Positions 41,249 through 41,303 of a stretch of DNA of 41,303 bases are shown in pieces. The stretch's first letter is position 1. Every line of letters starts with the position of its first letter. The notes beneath the pieces are model-generated. The model saw nothing but the letters and a program-made list of their open reading frames with translations, had not been told where the DNA came from and did no database searches. This DNA comes from a virus: IMG/VR virus record IMGVR_UViG_3300010224_000024. One strand, written 5' to 3'. Both the position numbers and the translations under genes were made by a program.

Positions 41249-41303
41249 TGGCGGAGAGAGAGGCCGCTGCAAGCCTTCCGGCCCGTTCCGAATGAGTCCG
41301 GAA
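41249..41303. repeat. attR: right copy of the 55-bp attachment-site direct repeat
   Basis: Identical to bases 1-55. Confidence 0.9.

Larger units (their letters stand above)
1..41303. mobile_element. Integrated temperate prophage (P22-like virion module, lambdoid early and immunity regions) bounded by direct repeats
   Basis: Perfect 55-bp repeats at both window ends. Integrase lies next to the left repeat and an AlpA/Xis-like gene next to the right repeat. A full set of head, packaging, lysis, replication and immunity genes lies between them. Confidence 0.92.

Overview
The window is one complete integrated temperate prophage of about 41.2 kb. It is bounded by a perfect 55-bp direct repeat (1-55 = 41249-41303) and sits in a GC-rich, probably proteobacterial, background. 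From left to right it contains: a P4-type tyrosine integrase (+); a long minus-strand late block; a minus-strand early-right block; the immunity switch; and a plus-strand early-left operon. The late block holds a tail-fibre cassette, ejection proteins, a P22-like gp10/gp4/coat/scaffold/portal set, terminase, a lysis cassette and a Q-position regulator. The early-right block holds nin-like genes, NinB, a RuvC-like resolvase, P-like and O-like replication genes with iterons, and cro. The switch is cro <-> cI, with a lipoprotein moron downstream of cI. The early-left operon holds many small ORFs, an HNH homing endonuclease, Bet, SSB and an AlpA/Xis-type excisionase. No tail tube, sheath or tape-measure gene is present, which fits a P22-like podovirus virion carrying fibres. 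Genes are tightly packed, with many ATGA/GTGA overlaps. I read several plausible ORFs under 60 aa by hand that the ORF track omits. The most unusual observations: (1) 17 CTCGAG hexamers sit in the int and xis genes flanking the att site, and by hand scan there are none in the other ~40 kb. (2) A proteasome-beta/HslV-like Ntn hydrolase cassette lies between the Q-position regulator and the lysis genes. (3) The gp10 homologue carries an Ig-like plus lectin-like extension, and a separate 71-aa ORF restarts at its stop codon. (4) A 2OG-Fe(II)-oxygenase-like gene lies inside the ejection-protein module. (5) Two paralogous T5orf172/GIY-YIG proteins bracket an exonuclease and membrane-protein cassette. 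(6) Two Lar-type zinc-ribbon genes are present. All functional calls rest on motif recognition by eye and on synteny. No database search was run.
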